The notes: generated from the letters alone by a model not told the origin. Numbered from the stretch's first letter, positions 29,601-39,688 are shown. The stretch: DNA of 44,581 nucleotides from Candidatus Thorarchaeota archaeon (GCA_003345545.1 PRDH01000069.1:1-44581); one strand, 5' to 3'. Numbers and translations are program-made.

Positions 29601-30037
29601 TGCAGTACGAACTGCAGATTTCTAGTACTGACCTCACACGGCTGCAGGACCATGCGGAGAGGATGCTCCCCGATGAAGCAGTTGCTCTCCTCTTTGGAAC
29701 CATATCAGGTATCTCTGTACATCTGACCCGGGTGGAGCTCATGGAGAACACATCCACTACTGCACACACTTCCTTCTCGGTGAGCCCTGAGGTAGAGTAT
29801 ACTCTTCTAGTCGAAGCAGAGAAACGAGGTGAATCCCTAGTTGGGATATTCCACTCTCATCCTGCACCTCCTAGACCATCTCAAAGTGACCTGAGGAACA
29901 TGCGTTTCAACCCTGTTGTATGGCTAGTGGCATCAAAGCTCGCTGGAAGCTGGATTATCAAAGGATATGCTCTGGAAGGGAACGGCCCTGTGGAAGTCGT
30001 CATGCATGTCGTGAAATCTCGTGATTCAATCCCTTGA
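29597..30037 (+). CDS. JAMM/MPN+ metalloprotease (M67)
   Basis: E..GIFHSHP..PS.SD JAMM motif. Confidence 0.92.
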   Translation: MMQYELQISSTDLTRLQDHAERMLPDEAVALLFGTISGISVHLTRVELMENTSTTAHTSFSVSPEVEYTLLVEAEKRGESLVGIFHSHPAPPRPSQSDLRNMRFNPVVWLVASKLAGSWIIKGYALEGNGPVEVVMHVVKSRDSIP

Positions 30038-30326
30038 TAGTTCCAGATGTTCTCTTCGGTTCAAATGACACAGGAGTGTCTTCGATCATTCCAATCACCA
30101 CCGCTGCAGTGATGATCTGCTGCAGAGAGTCTGCACTGCATTGAAGGACACCGACTCCTGTTTCCTCATCGAAGTCGAGAAGGTACAGCCTTGAGCCTGC
30201 CGCATGAACCTCGCCATAGAGTGACAGTACACTCATCCAAAGGGCGGTAGTAAGATGCTTTTCATTGACAGGTTTTCCCTCTCTATGAAGGTGAAAGAGA
30301 AGGTATCTTCTTCGGTTCTTTCTCAT
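30000..30326 (-). CDS. rnp2: RNase P protein Pop5/Rpp14
   Basis: RRRYLLF, LYGE, TSGTIKGL. Confidence 0.92.
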   Translation of the reverse strand: MRKNRRRYLLFHLHREGKPVNEKHLTTALWMSVLSLYGEVHAAGSRLYLLDFDEETGVGVLQCSADSLQQIITAAVVIGMIEDTPVSFEPKRTSGTIKGLNHEISRHA

Positions 30327-31012
30327 GGATTCTCCTCCCCCCGAAGAATCTCGACCCCTGGACTCACAAACTCAGGTTGTCTTCTCTTCATACTTCTCTC
30401 AATGAGATGAGCAGGCAGCTCTTGAACTGCTCTCTCGGCCAACGTCCTCTCAATCCCCAACAACAATCCGATATGCACCATTGCTACTGGTGAACGCATT
30501 CCCATTGGATATGCAGCACCACTTGACAGGACCACTCCCATTCCTGCATCCAGTGCTGTGGCTACTGCCTCACGATACGTCTTCAGAATCTTTGATCTCT
30601 GTAGCCCTGAAGAGTGCAGAAGTGGCGCAATCTGAATCTCAAGAGATGTTGCAGAACCTGAGGCAAGAGATGCAGTTGTCTCACGAAGCCTATGTTCCTT
30701 TGATGGATCAAACGTGAGCAAGTCGACTCTCTGGTCTTCTACTGCCCAATTAGTGGTGTCGATTGACCCCAGCTGGATTGCAACGATGATGGCATTCTTT
30801 CTGATCCTTTGAATCTGGTTTCTTAATGAGTTGATTCCCTTTCCTGTGAGATTGACTCTCCGATAGACCGTAATACCCTCTGAAATCTCTGTCACGGGCT
30901 GGTCCATGACCCCCGAAATTGCAATTCCAGTGAACCCGATTTGGTGTGCCAATCTTCCGAACGAACCAATATCCTTCATGTCTGGAGTATTGACACCAAT
31001 ATCGACAGCCAT
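30323..31012 (-). CDS. rnp3: RNase P protein Rpp30
   Basis: AVED.RVDLL, VLSSGA..MRSP, PGVEIL; adjacent to Pop5. Confidence 0.9.
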   Translation of the reverse strand: MAVDIGVNTPDMKDIGSFGRLAHQIGFTGIAISGVMDQPVTEISEGITVYRRVNLTGKGINSLRNQIQRIRKNAIIVAIQLGSIDTTNWAVEDQRVDLLTFDPSKEHRLRETTASLASGSATSLEIQIAPLLHSSGLQRSKILKTYREAVATALDAGMGVVLSSGAAYPMGMRSPVAMVHIGLLLGIERTLAERAVQELPAHLIERSMKRRQPEFVSPGVEILRGEENP

Positions 31013-31016
31013 TAGA

Positions 31017-31475
31017 CTAACCTCCAGCAGCCCGAAGCCGATTCTCGATCATGAGCCTCACTTCTTCCCGTTTACAGCGTGGATATTGCTTGAAGTGAAA
31101 TCTTGCGCTGATTACATCAGAGTCATCAGCCAACTTCATCATACCTAGGAATGCAGCCTGCTTATCAATCCTAAGAAATAAGATGCACTTGTCATCTAGT
31201 CTGATGTCCAATGAGCGTTCTAGTGCTCGTAGGCTGAGGCTGTCCATCTGTCCTAGCATGTAGTTCAGTACACCCTCACAGTCTTCTTGACCCTCCAACG
31301 TCGCCGATATGACTACAATCGCATCGCCTGCCTGTCCTTCGGCATCGGACATAGAGATTGACACTTTCTGTCTTAGACGCTCTGGAAAGATGAACATGAT
31401 TGAGGCTGCGACCCTATCAGAGACCTCTGTTGCCCGGGCGTAAGCACGGGTTTCAATCTTAGTCACGAACGGCAT
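31017..31475 (-). CDS. Predicted exosome-associated RNA-binding protein (COG1325-type)
   Basis: ARATE..RV, EGQAGDAI, LFLRIDKQAAF.G; conserved position between rpl15e and rpp30. Confidence 0.85.
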   Translation of the reverse strand: MPFVTKIETRAYARATEVSDRVAASIMFIFPERLRQKVSISMSDAEGQAGDAIVVISATLEGQEDCEGVLNYMLGQMDSLSLRALERSLDIRLDDKCILFLRIDKQAAFLGMMKLADDSDVISARFHFKQYPRCKREEVRLMIENRLRAAGG

Positions 31476-31504
31476 GGCCGCTCCCTCAGAATCACGAACT
31501 GAAG

Positions 31505-32089
31505 CTACTTTGCTAGGTTACCCTTTGCCCCGATTGAAGGTCTGATATGTTCAGCCCCTCTGCCCTTATTATAGAGTCCTCTGCTTCTCTTGCCAGCAGC
31601 TGTTAGGCCTCTACTATCTCGACCCTTGTGAGTTGGATTGCAGATCCAGTTGATATTGGGGTCATTATATATGACTGGATGACTAGGATCTACCAGAATG
31701 ACCTCGTGCCAGATCCATTTGTGGTCTTCTCCGACCCAGTATGAGTTCAGTACTCGTAGGTTCGGATACTTCTTGGCTACTCGTTCTTCAGCAATCCATT
31801 GCCTCGATTTCTGGGGCGTGTACCGGTTGATACCAGCGCTTCTTGGCTTTCGGCCACCGTGTGGAAGGGGCTTTTCACGTGGGCCACGACCTGTTCTTAT
31901 TCGTACCATGACATAGCCTTGTTTGGCCTTGTAACCAAGTTCTCGTGCGCGGCCAAGTCTGGTTGGTCTCTCAAGTTTGACCATACTACTTAGCTTTCTC
32001 CAGACTAGTAGTCTACTTCTCACAATCTCAGAGCGTTCCTTCTGCTCCTCCACCCATGTATCGCTCATGTGTCTGTACGCGTTTGGCAT
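31505..32089 (-). CDS. rpl15e: 50S ribosomal protein eL15
   Basis: RPTRL.RAR.LGYKAKQG, AEERVAKKYPNL.VLNSYWVGED, RGLT.AGKRSRGL. Confidence 0.98.
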   Translation of the reverse strand: MPNAYRHMSDTWVEEQKERSEIVRSRLLVWRKLSSMVKLERPTRLGRARELGYKAKQGYVMVRIRTGRGPREKPLPHGGRKPRSAGINRYTPQKSRQWIAEERVAKKYPNLRVLNSYWVGEDHKWIWHEVILVDPSHPVIYNDPNINWICNPTHKGRDSRGLTAAGKRSRGLYNKGRGAEHIRPSIGAKGNLAK

Positions 32090-32130
32090 TGAATGTATCC
32101 ATCCTTTGTCGTAATAGATTCACTTTGTTT

Positions 32131-32219
32131 GTGGTTCAGCCTCAGAGGGCCACATCCCGCGCGGACGTATCCGCCAACACAAAGGAATGGTCTGGTCACG
32201 GTATTCATACCGGACCAGA
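32131..32219 (-). ncRNA. Structured 5' leader of rpl15e (eL15 r-leader-like)
   Basis: Minus strand GCGGA-TACG-TCCGC hairpin, then GGGATGTGGCCCTCTGAGGCTGAACC; upstream hairpin TCTGGTC/GACCAGA plus CGGTAT/ATACCG. Confidence 0.65.
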
Positions 32220-32282
32220 TACTCCCGAAGAGATTCGCTTAAAGATGTAACGTTTTGGATGTCTCGATGAATGATTTGGATG

Positions 32283-33194
32283 CTACTTGAGTCCATTAAT
32301 GACCTTTTGAACAGTCAGCTCCCCGATTCTCACCTGTCCCTCTTCAGTGGACGATGACAGATGTGGAGCCGCTACGACTTTCGGATGTTTCACTAATTGC
32401 CAGTCAGTTGGTGGTTCATTCTCGAAGACGTCAAGTCCTGCACCCGCGATCAGGCCTGCGTTCAGGGCATCTAGAAGCGCCTTTTCGTCAACCACGCCGC
32501 CTCGTGCTGTGTTGATGAGGAATGCTGTCTTCTTCATCTTCTTGAGCTCTTTCTCTGCAATCATTCCCTTAGTCTGGGGCAGCATAGGTACATGGAGTGT
32601 GATGTAGTCCGCTTTCTCCAGAATAGTGTTCAGGTCAGCTTTCTTGGCTCCGATTTCTTTGCATGCCTTACCGATGTCGATGACATCATATGCAAGGACA
32701 TTCATGCCAAAGGCCTTGGCTCTCTTCCCGACTTCCATTCCAATCCTGCCAAGTCCCACTATACCAATGGTCTTCTGCCAGAGTTCAGTCCCGCTGAGTT
32801 TCTTCTTATCCCAACGTCCGGCCTTCATCGAGCTGTCTGCCTGTGTGATATTTCTGGCCAGTGATAGCATCAACGAAAAGACCATCTCTGCAACCGAAAC
32901 AGTTGGAGCCTCCGGAGTGTTCTGAACCACCACTCCTTTTGCGTCTGCTGCTTTCTTGTCTACATTGTCAAGACCAACACCTGCCCTGACCACAAGCTTC
33001 AGCTTGTCTGCAGCATCGATTACCTCTTTGGTAATCTTAGTCGCACTTCTCACGACAACACAGTCGAATCCCTTGATTTGCTTCTCAATGGGTCCGTCCT
33101 TCTCTGCGTTTCTAACAACAACTTCGAGTCCTGCAGCCTTGATCTTGGCTACAGCAGACTCTTCAATTGGATCAGCAATAAGTACGCGTTTCAT
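32283..33194 (-). CDS. serA: D-3-phosphoglycerate dehydrogenase / D-2-hydroxyacid dehydrogenase (no ACT domain)
   Basis: RAGVGLDNVD, GLGRIG, INTARGG, LDVFE.EP, PHL. Confidence 0.85.
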   Translation of the reverse strand: MKRVLIADPIEESAVAKIKAAGLEVVVRNAEKDGPIEKQIKGFDCVVVRSATKITKEVIDAADKLKLVVRAGVGLDNVDKKAADAKGVVVQNTPEAPTVSVAEMVFSLMLSLARNITQADSSMKAGRWDKKKLSGTELWQKTIGIVGLGRIGMEVGKRAKAFGMNVLAYDVIDIGKACKEIGAKKADLNTILEKADYITLHVPMLPQTKGMIAEKELKKMKKTAFLINTARGGVVDEKALLDALNAGLIAGAGLDVFENEPPTDWQLVKHPKVVAAPHLSSSTEEGQVRIGELTVQKVINGLK

Positions 33195-33320
33195 CGGTAT
33201 AACCCCTAGTGGATGATGTGTTCTGCGGTCACTAGCTTGGTCTTAAACCTAATGACATTGACATGACACGAGATTGGGGAGAAACGACATTTTCTTAACG
33301 GACAGAGTAAGACACACGGT

Positions 33321-33857
33321 ATGAAACGTGAGATCACCCCTACCACTGCGCTGGTTCCATGCCCCGTTGTCCTGCTGAGTGTGTCCGGACCTGATAGACC
33401 GAATATTATCACTCTATCATGGGCTGCGAATGTCTGTAGCAATCCTCCCACGATGGTCATCGGGATACGACCGGAGCGATACAGCTACAATCTCATAAAG
33501 AGTGCAGGAGAGTTCGTCCTGAACATCCCATCAACAGACCTGATAGATGGTACAGCATTTGCTGGGACCAAATCTGGCCGTGAGTACGACAAGTTTTCGG
33601 AGTGCGGGTTTACGTCCGAGCCTGCATCAAAGGTTTCCGCTCCAATGATCAAGGAGTGTCCAATCAATATTGAGTGTAGAGTTAGGGACGTAGTCCCATT
33701 GGGTGCACACGACCTGTTCATTGTAGATGTCATATCTGTGCACATAGATGAATCAGTCCTCGGCGAGAATGGACGTCTTGATGCCTCCAAGGCTAGGCTG
33801 TTCACATATCTGCCATTGAATGGGCAATATTGGACACTAGGAAAGAAGCTCCGTTGA
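33321..33857 (+). CDS. Flavin reductase-like (flavoredoxin family) protein
   Basis: P.PVVL, GEFVLNIP, GTKSGR..DKF, ECP.NIEC, GAHDLF. Confidence 0.9.
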   Translation: MKREITPTTALVPCPVVLLSVSGPDRPNIITLSWAANVCSNPPTMVIGIRPERYSYNLIKSAGEFVLNIPSTDLIDGTAFAGTKSGREYDKFSECGFTSEPASKVSAPMIKECPINIECRVRDVVPLGAHDLFIVDVISVHIDESVLGENGRLDASKARLFTYLPLNGQYWTLGKKLR

Positions 33858-33890
33858 ACAACGCCTTTTCGGAGTCCACTTGAATGGATA

Positions 33891-35108
33891 TCACTTCTGT
33901 CCCTTGGCACTGACAATCCTGATGACATCACGGTCCTTCAGGACGTGCTTGTCTGAGATTCTCATCTTTGTTCGGGCATCCACTCCATGCACAAATGACT
34001 CCATGAGGTCGGTGTGGATAAATCCCGCGAATTCTTTTGCGGTGGTCCCTTCCGGCACAAGATAGACATCTGGTAAAACATTGCCGTCGCTATCAGTGAG
34101 CGTATTTGAATCATAGACCGGATATACCGTGATCATGTGAAGATAGTCAAATACTGCCTTGTTCAACAGGTTCTGAACGCCAGTACCACCGAACTTCTTC
34201 AGAATATGTTCTTTGAGCTTCTGTAACTGAGCAGTCTCATTCTCCTTCAGACTACCAGGTTGAAGTATCTCGAAATCATCGCTTCCGGGGATATATTTGA
34301 TAACACCCTTCTTATCGAGGTCTTTCAGAACCTTCTCTGCAAGGGCGCTGACCGGGACCACGAGATAGTCGGGGAATTCCTTCTGTAGCCGTTTCATATT
34401 CTCCTCAGCTCCCGGTCTGTCAATCTTGTTTGCCGCTATGATGATTGGCTTGGCCGCCTTCTGCAGTGATCTGACAAATTCTCGTAATTGATCCTCAGTC
34501 CAGCTATCAACTGTTTCCGACTTCAAACCGGATTGTCGCATTGCCTTGAGTATCTGCCCCCGTGTGATGTTGAGACCAGACAGTTTCTCAAGAAGCAACT
34601 CCTCTAGTTTCGCCCCCTCTGCTCTGACTCTCCCGGTGATTCTTCGCCAATCCTTCGTGACTATTCCACGCATCCATTCTACAAGCTCGTCCTCAAGGAA
34701 TCTTACATCTTCCGCAGGGTCATGAGTACCTGCGGCAACCTCTTGCCCCTCCGAGTCTAGGGCGCCACTCGCATCTACAATATGAACAAGGACATCAGCC
34801 TGCCTGAGATCATCAAGGAACTGGTTTCCCATACCTCTTCCCTCGTGGGCTCCAGGTACTAGGCCCGCAACATCAATCAGCTTGATTGGAACAAGACGTA
34901 CTCCATCGATGCAGATTGAGTTCTTGGGATTGTCTTGAACACCAAAATCCCTGCACGCACAGGCCGTCCTCACGTGGGTCACTCCAACATTGGCGTCTAT
35001 GGTGGTAAAGGGGTAGCTTCCCACCTTGAAATCGGTCATACATGCAGCATTTGTGAAAGATGTCTTGCCAGAGGACGGTTTTCCAACTATTCCGACACTG
35101 AATCCCAT
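33891..35108 (-). CDS. ychF: Obg-family YchF-like ATPase/GTPase with TGS domain
   Basis: GKPSSGKT, YPFTTI, DVAGLVPGA, ANKID, IHTD C-terminal TGS. Confidence 0.93.
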   Translation of the reverse strand: MGFSVGIVGKPSSGKTSFTNAACMTDFKVGSYPFTTIDANVGVTHVRTACACRDFGVQDNPKNSICIDGVRLVPIKLIDVAGLVPGAHEGRGMGNQFLDDLRQADVLVHIVDASGALDSEGQEVAAGTHDPAEDVRFLEDELVEWMRGIVTKDWRRITGRVRAEGAKLEELLLEKLSGLNITRGQILKAMRQSGLKSETVDSWTEDQLREFVRSLQKAAKPIIIAANKIDRPGAEENMKRLQKEFPDYLVVPVSALAEKVLKDLDKKGVIKYIPGSDDFEILQPGSLKENETAQLQKLKEHILKKFGGTGVQNLLNKAVFDYLHMITVYPVYDSNTLTDSDGNVLPDVYLVPEGTTAKEFAGFIHTDLMESFVHGVDARTKMRISDKHVLKDRDVIRIVSAKGQK

Positions 35109-35484
35109 GTTCACTCTCTCCGTTGACAGTGTCACCATTCTCAAACTAGGAGATAAACACTTCACTCCTTGAGCCATCTTTTGATATCGTTGCAGATGGT
35201 ATGCTCGGCAGAGTCATAGAGACTCTCAACAGCTAGTGTCACAATTAGGAGACTCACAACTCGATGAGGCTTAGCATATGGCCATGACCATTTGTTAAGT
35301 ACGAAATCAACTGGTTCTAGCTTCCCTTGGCTTCCACTGCATGCAACGAGATGTTCCATGTATTACTCACAATTTAGAGCCCGATTAGACGCCATAGAAT
35401 CAGACCTACAGGACTCTGTATTATTCAAGCCTCCCTTATATACAGAGAATGGGATAGGTTATTTCGGAGAGGATCACTATTCAG

Positions 35485-35898
35485 TTGGACTATTCCGCCC
35501 GGATTGATGCTATCATCGATTATGTGATTCGAAGGCCTGCCATTCCACGGTGGTGGGATCCAGTGTCACGACCTCATGTGGCTGTGCTGATGCCAGACCC
35601 ACTCTCTGGAGCTGAGATCCGATATTACCTGTCCCGATGTGGTGAGAGGAAGTCCAACGGCCGGTCTCTTCTTGAAGTCGTGAATTTTGATGGTCTTCCC
35701 GAGGGAACTCTGCTAGAGGTGCGGTTCAACGCAACGAAGGCCAACCTCTACAAGCTGGAACGTGTCGGAACCATTCCGTGCTGGCGGTGGCTTGGTCGAA
35801 GTCAAGGTCTTCCTGACTTCAATACTGATGACCCAGTCTACTGGGACCACGTATTGGACACAGGCACCTACATACCACGTGACATGCTTCTTGCCTGA
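35485..35898 (+). CDS. Hypothetical protein
   Basis: 137-aa ORF with GGAGAGGA upstream; no recognised motif. Confidence 0.55.
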   Translation: MDYSARIDAIIDYVIRRPAIPRWWDPVSRPHVAVLMPDPLSGAEIRYYLSRCGERKSNGRSLLEVVNFDGLPEGTLLEVRFNATKANLYKLERVGTIPCWRWLGRSQGLPDFNTDDPVYWDHVLDTGTYIPRDMLLA

Positions 35899-35926
35899 GG
35901 CATGCTGACGATTGATTCAGATGTCC

Positions 35927-36313
35927 TCACTGAATCAGGACTAAGAGATGCTTGACATCATTGCCTGTCTTCTCATTGATAACATCTACGAGCTGCTTGA
36001 GAAGGCGTCTTACATCCTCCCCACCAATATCGACTATAGTTCCGTTTGAACTCACGAGGTTCACATGTGGAATAGGGTTCAGTTCATACCGTGTTTCTCC
36101 TAGATAAGAAAAGCTACGCAACAGTCTTAGTTCCTCGAATGTAGCGAGGTTCTTCAGTACGGTAGACTGGCTTACGGTCGCATGTCTACTCCTGAATATC
36201 TCATAGATTTCCGAGAATGAGGGATGGTTCCTCCCATACTCTTCAAGAATACGTAGCAGTTCAAGGCGCTGAGGCGTGAGGCGCAGTCTGTTTTCTCTGA
36301 GTCGTTCTATCAC
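35927..36313 (-). CDS. Fur/PerR-family transcriptional regulator
   Basis: RLTPQR..LL, HPS..EIY, VSQSTV..L, RYEL; divergent from dpsL. Confidence 0.88.
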   Translation of the reverse strand: MIERLRENRLRLTPQRLELLRILEEYGRNHPSFSEIYEIFRSRHATVSQSTVLKNLATFEELRLLRSFSYLGETRYELNPIPHVNLVSSNGTIVDIGGEDVRRLLKQLVDVINEKTGNDVKHLLVLIQ

Positions 36314-36400
36314 ATCTCATGCGCATGCAGAAGGGATTATAAAACTATCGTAGTTAGATTTAAATAGAAGTAACTTTTATGTAGAACTAAGGTGAATAAG

Positions 36401-36952
36401 ATGGTAAAAGTCGCTAGAGAAATGGTCGAGAAGGCCGGGATTGAAGTAGACAAACTAGTCAACCTTCTGATCAAGAACGCTGCAGCTGAGCTGACGACAT
36501 TCTACTACTACACTATTCTTCGGGTCAACTTGATTGGGCTCGAGGGTGAAGGTATCAAAGAAATCGCAGAGACTGCACGCATTGAAGATAGGAACCACTT
36601 CGAGGCATTGGTACCCCGCATCTACGAGCTTGGTGGCCAGCTGCCAGAAGGGATGGTGGAGTTCCATAACATGTCTGCATGTCCGCCTGCGAAGCTTCCA
36701 AAGGACCCGACAGACGTCAAGGCGATGTTGAAGGTCTTGGTGGACGCAGAGCGATGCGCAGTCAGAGGTTACACTCAAATCTGTCACATGACTGCAGGAA
36801 AGGACCACAGGACCTATGATTTGGCATTAGCTATCCTCCACGAAGAAGTGGAACACGAGTCCTGGTTCTCTGAGTTCCTCGGTGAGGGCCCATCTGGTCA
36901 CTTCCTCCGTCGGGGCGAAACATCTCCCTTCGCTGGCAAGTTCCTTCGATAG
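36401..36952 (+). CDS. dps: DPS-like (DpsL / thioferritin) protein
   Basis: AAAELTTFYYYTILR, EDRNHFE, AERCA, ILHEEVEHE.WF, SGHF match archaeal DPSL; ATG after GGTGA. Confidence 0.93.
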   Translation: MVKVAREMVEKAGIEVDKLVNLLIKNAAAELTTFYYYTILRVNLIGLEGEGIKEIAETARIEDRNHFEALVPRIYELGGQLPEGMVEFHNMSACPPAKLPKDPTDVKAMLKVLVDAERCAVRGYTQICHMTAGKDHRTYDLALAILHEEVEHESWFSEFLGEGPSGHFLRRGETSPFAGKFLR

Positions 36953-37026
36953 AAACCGTCGAAACACACTTTCGGGAAAAGTAATGAAGAGAGCTCGCAG
37001 GCTCCCTTCTTGCTACTTTTTCAACC

Positions 37027-37278
37027 CTAGCATCCGCTCTGCCACCATCTCCACATGACATAGATTCCTCCCAGAACAGGAAGCACGCCAAAGAATATCG
37101 TGACTATCAACAACTCCATGGAATCCAGACCAACGTAGACAGTCAAAAAGGGCATGAGTATCAATACACCCTCTATGATTGTACCGCCGAACGTGAATAG
37201 GACTGCGGCCACGACGAGAAGGATGTTATTCCGCCTCCTTATTGCTTGATTTCTCGAATGGGCTGGTTCCGGTATCAA
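37027..37278 (-). CDS. Small two-TM membrane protein
   Basis: Two hydrophobic helices; TTG 37278 after GAGGTG (ORF open from 37359). Confidence 0.6.
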   Translation of the reverse strand: MIPEPAHSRNQAIRRRNNILLVVAAVLFTFGGTIIEGVLILMPFLTVYVGLDSMELLIVTIFFGVLPVLGGIYVMWRWWQSGC

Positions 37279-37386
37279 CTCTTTCCCACACCTCGTTACA
37301 TATCCTATGGCTCGTAGATTTATTTCTGTTCGCACTATGATTGAAAAAAGGAGCTCCAAAGAGAAGATGGTCGCTGATAGCTTATG

Positions 37387-37752
37387 TTAGGGAAACAATA
37401 ACACCAGCTCTACACTCGATACTGGATCTAGGCTAAGGTTAGAATAGGCCGTTCCCCTGACGATGATAGTCCAGTTGACATGGAGTCGTGTTTCAGTCCA
37501 ATAGAGTTCAATACTGCCACTCCCATCAGACATCCTCACATTTTGCATGTTACGGCCATTCAATATAACAACGATCTCCAAAATCACTCCCTTGACAGTC
37601 ACATCCGAACCGATTGGAGTGATTCCCGTATTGATCGATGAGATGGGAGTTATCCCTGTAGGATTGTCATGTACGTACATGAGGGTCAGACTAAGGGGAG
37701 CCATTATCGCTATGAGCACCAGCAATGTGGCCAGAGCTCTTTTTCGCCCCAT
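37387..37752 (-). CDS. Membrane-anchored OB-fold protein
   Basis: N-terminal TM; TPISSI..VTVKG..SDGSGSI..IIVRG OB pattern; GGAGG RBS. Confidence 0.7.
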   Translation of the reverse strand: MGRKRALATLLVLIAIMAPLSLTLMYVHDNPTGITPISSINTGITPIGSDVTVKGVILEIVVILNGRNMQNVRMSDGSGSIELYWTETRLHVNWTIIVRGTAYSNLSLDPVSSVELVLLFP

Positions 37753-37855
37753 ATTGTTCCTCCACATTGAACTCAATATAGTACTGGTCTGTGCTCATAC
37801 CACGCTTTTGTACCATGCATTGATGCTGGTGAAGTACAGGTCGACAGTCTTGTGA

Positions 37856-39688
37856 TCAGTATCTTCTTCTCGATAAGATAAGAGCAAGTCCTGCCACAAC
37901 AAGAGTGCCTCCGATTGCGATAGCCAGAGTCATTAACATATTCTCATCAATTTGTGCATCTGTTACATTAGTTACATCTGTTACATTAGGTCTTAGAACA
38001 GCATATGATTGGATTTCTGATAACTCGAGATTTCCAATTTCGTCCCTAACAATTGCTTGGTATGAAATAGTCGTACCCTCATCCTGAGGTGGAATTGATG
38101 TAGTCCATATTGGTCCATAATGAGTCATTGAGAGATTAGCCCAAGTAAGATTTCCATCTATGGAGTATGAGAGTATCACGTCTTTAACACCATCAATATC
38201 AATCACGCCCATGGTCACACTGACCGTGTCATTCTCGGTAGGTCTTGAAGGAGTGATACTGAAGCCTATCCAGAAACCAGACTCGCCAACTGGCGACACT
38301 CTTGATGGATACCTATCTATGCTTCCCGCATCTCCAGGAATGTAGTATTCTCCTGCGCCTCCATAGTCATCCCAATAGTTCCCTTGGCTCTTTCCATCAT
38401 CCCAGACACTTTGCTGACCACCGTCCCACGAGTTGCCAGCTGAAATTGTGTACCCTTCACCATTCGCGCAAATCACATTGTGGAAGTATCTATTTCCAAA
38501 TCCGCCAATAGGAGGCACAAAGATACCTATACCTTGATTCTGGTAGACTATATTGGCAGCCACAAGGGCGTTATCCGACTCTACAACTGCGATCCCCCAT
38601 TGCCTGTTGTGGTGGAACTTGCTCAGAATGACCGAACACCCCTCAGACCAACATAGAGTAGTTCCATGTCCACAGGAGTAGATTGTGCAGTTCTTTAAGA
38701 TGCAATCTCTGCAAGAGAGGAAGTCTACGCCATCTGCTGTATCGTGTATGACTCCATCTTGGACAGTCACATTGTTACAGTCCACAAGAATGACTTGACC
38801 GTAATTGCTGGGGCAAATGGTTGCATCCGAAAGATTTGCAAAGTATCCTATAGGCTTGTCATTGACTGTGTTGTTGTAGACCTGAAGGCTAGGAATCGGA
38901 GTGTAATCTAGTTCGAGACCACTGTTTATCATAGTGTTGTTGGCTACAAGGGTATCGACTGCTTCAAAGAAACTTAGATAATACGACCAAAAGCCAGCCT
39001 GACTCCCATCAATTCTATTGTTGCTTACTGTACACTCAACAGTCTCTTGAAGACAGATGTCTCCTAGAATATCGTTCCTGTCAACTAGACACTGGCGAAC
39101 ATGGTACAGATGGACCCCTTCACGACTATCATAGACAGTGTTATTGAAAATTGTACAATGCTCTGGGTACCCCTCGCCATAGGGCCCCTGCACATCTATG
39201 GCAAGACCACTGTCGTAAATCTCACACTCAATGACGCTGCAGTCTGATGAAGAAACAATGGTAACTGCTAGCCATTTCTTTGAAACGACTACTCTCTCAA
39301 CCATGCCATTGGTGACATCCCCAAGAGTGATGCCCCTATTCCAAAGTCCCTCCCACTGACTCACGGAAGAGATGAAACAGTTTCGTACAACAAAGAATAC
39401 ATCTGTGTGTGAAACATTGATGCATTCCTTACCATCTGTGATTATGCTTAGTCCTTCTATTACATATGGGTCTGTCTGAGTCCCATTTCCTAGCCATCCT
39501 TGAGTCTCAAAGTCTGCGTTCGAGTTGATTATGATAGGTGAATGCGGCACATATGATGGATTCTGTTGATCCTGAATTGTGACCATATTGCCCGCATCTG
39601 AGGTTACTAGACCACTATTCCTCGCTGTGGGTACTGAGATTGATGCAAGTACCAAGATGACTAAGACCAACTGCCACTTCCTGAGCAT
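37856..39688 (-). CDS. Cell-surface right-handed beta-helix (NosD/pectin-lyase-like) protein with Ig-like domain and C-terminal TM anchor
   Basis: Signal peptide, H.PI.I..N.DF..GW.G.GT..DPY.I, parallel beta-helix repeats, WDDG..GNYWDDY, C-terminal TM plus RRRY. Confidence 0.88.
   Translation of the reverse strand: MLRKWQLVLVILVLASISVPTARNSGLVTSDAGNMVTIQDQQNPSYVPHSPIIINSNADFETQGWLGNGTQTDPYVIEGLSIITDGKECINVSHTDVFFVVRNCFISSVSQWEGLWNRGITLGDVTNGMVERVVVSKKWLAVTIVSSSDCSVIECEIYDSGLAIDVQGPYGEGYPEHCTIFNNTVYDSREGVHLYHVRQCLVDRNDILGDICLQETVECTVSNNRIDGSQAGFWSYYLSFFEAVDTLVANNTMINSGLELDYTPIPSLQVYNNTVNDKPIGYFANLSDATICPSNYGQVILVDCNNVTVQDGVIHDTADGVDFLSCRDCILKNCTIYSCGHGTTLCWSEGCSVILSKFHHNRQWGIAVVESDNALVAANIVYQNQGIGIFVPPIGGFGNRYFHNVICANGEGYTISAGNSWDGGQQSVWDDGKSQGNYWDDYGGAGEYYIPGDAGSIDRYPSRVSPVGESGFWIGFSITPSRPTENDTVSVTMGVIDIDGVKDVILSYSIDGNLTWANLSMTHYGPIWTTSIPPQDEGTTISYQAIVRDEIGNLELSEIQSYAVLRPNVTDVTNVTDAQIDENMLMTLAIAIGGTLVVAGLALILSRRRY

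Noticed and set aside
35220-35262. Short repeat GAGACTCTCAAC / GAGACTCACAAC
   Set aside because: Two 12-mers with a mismatch; compatible with chance
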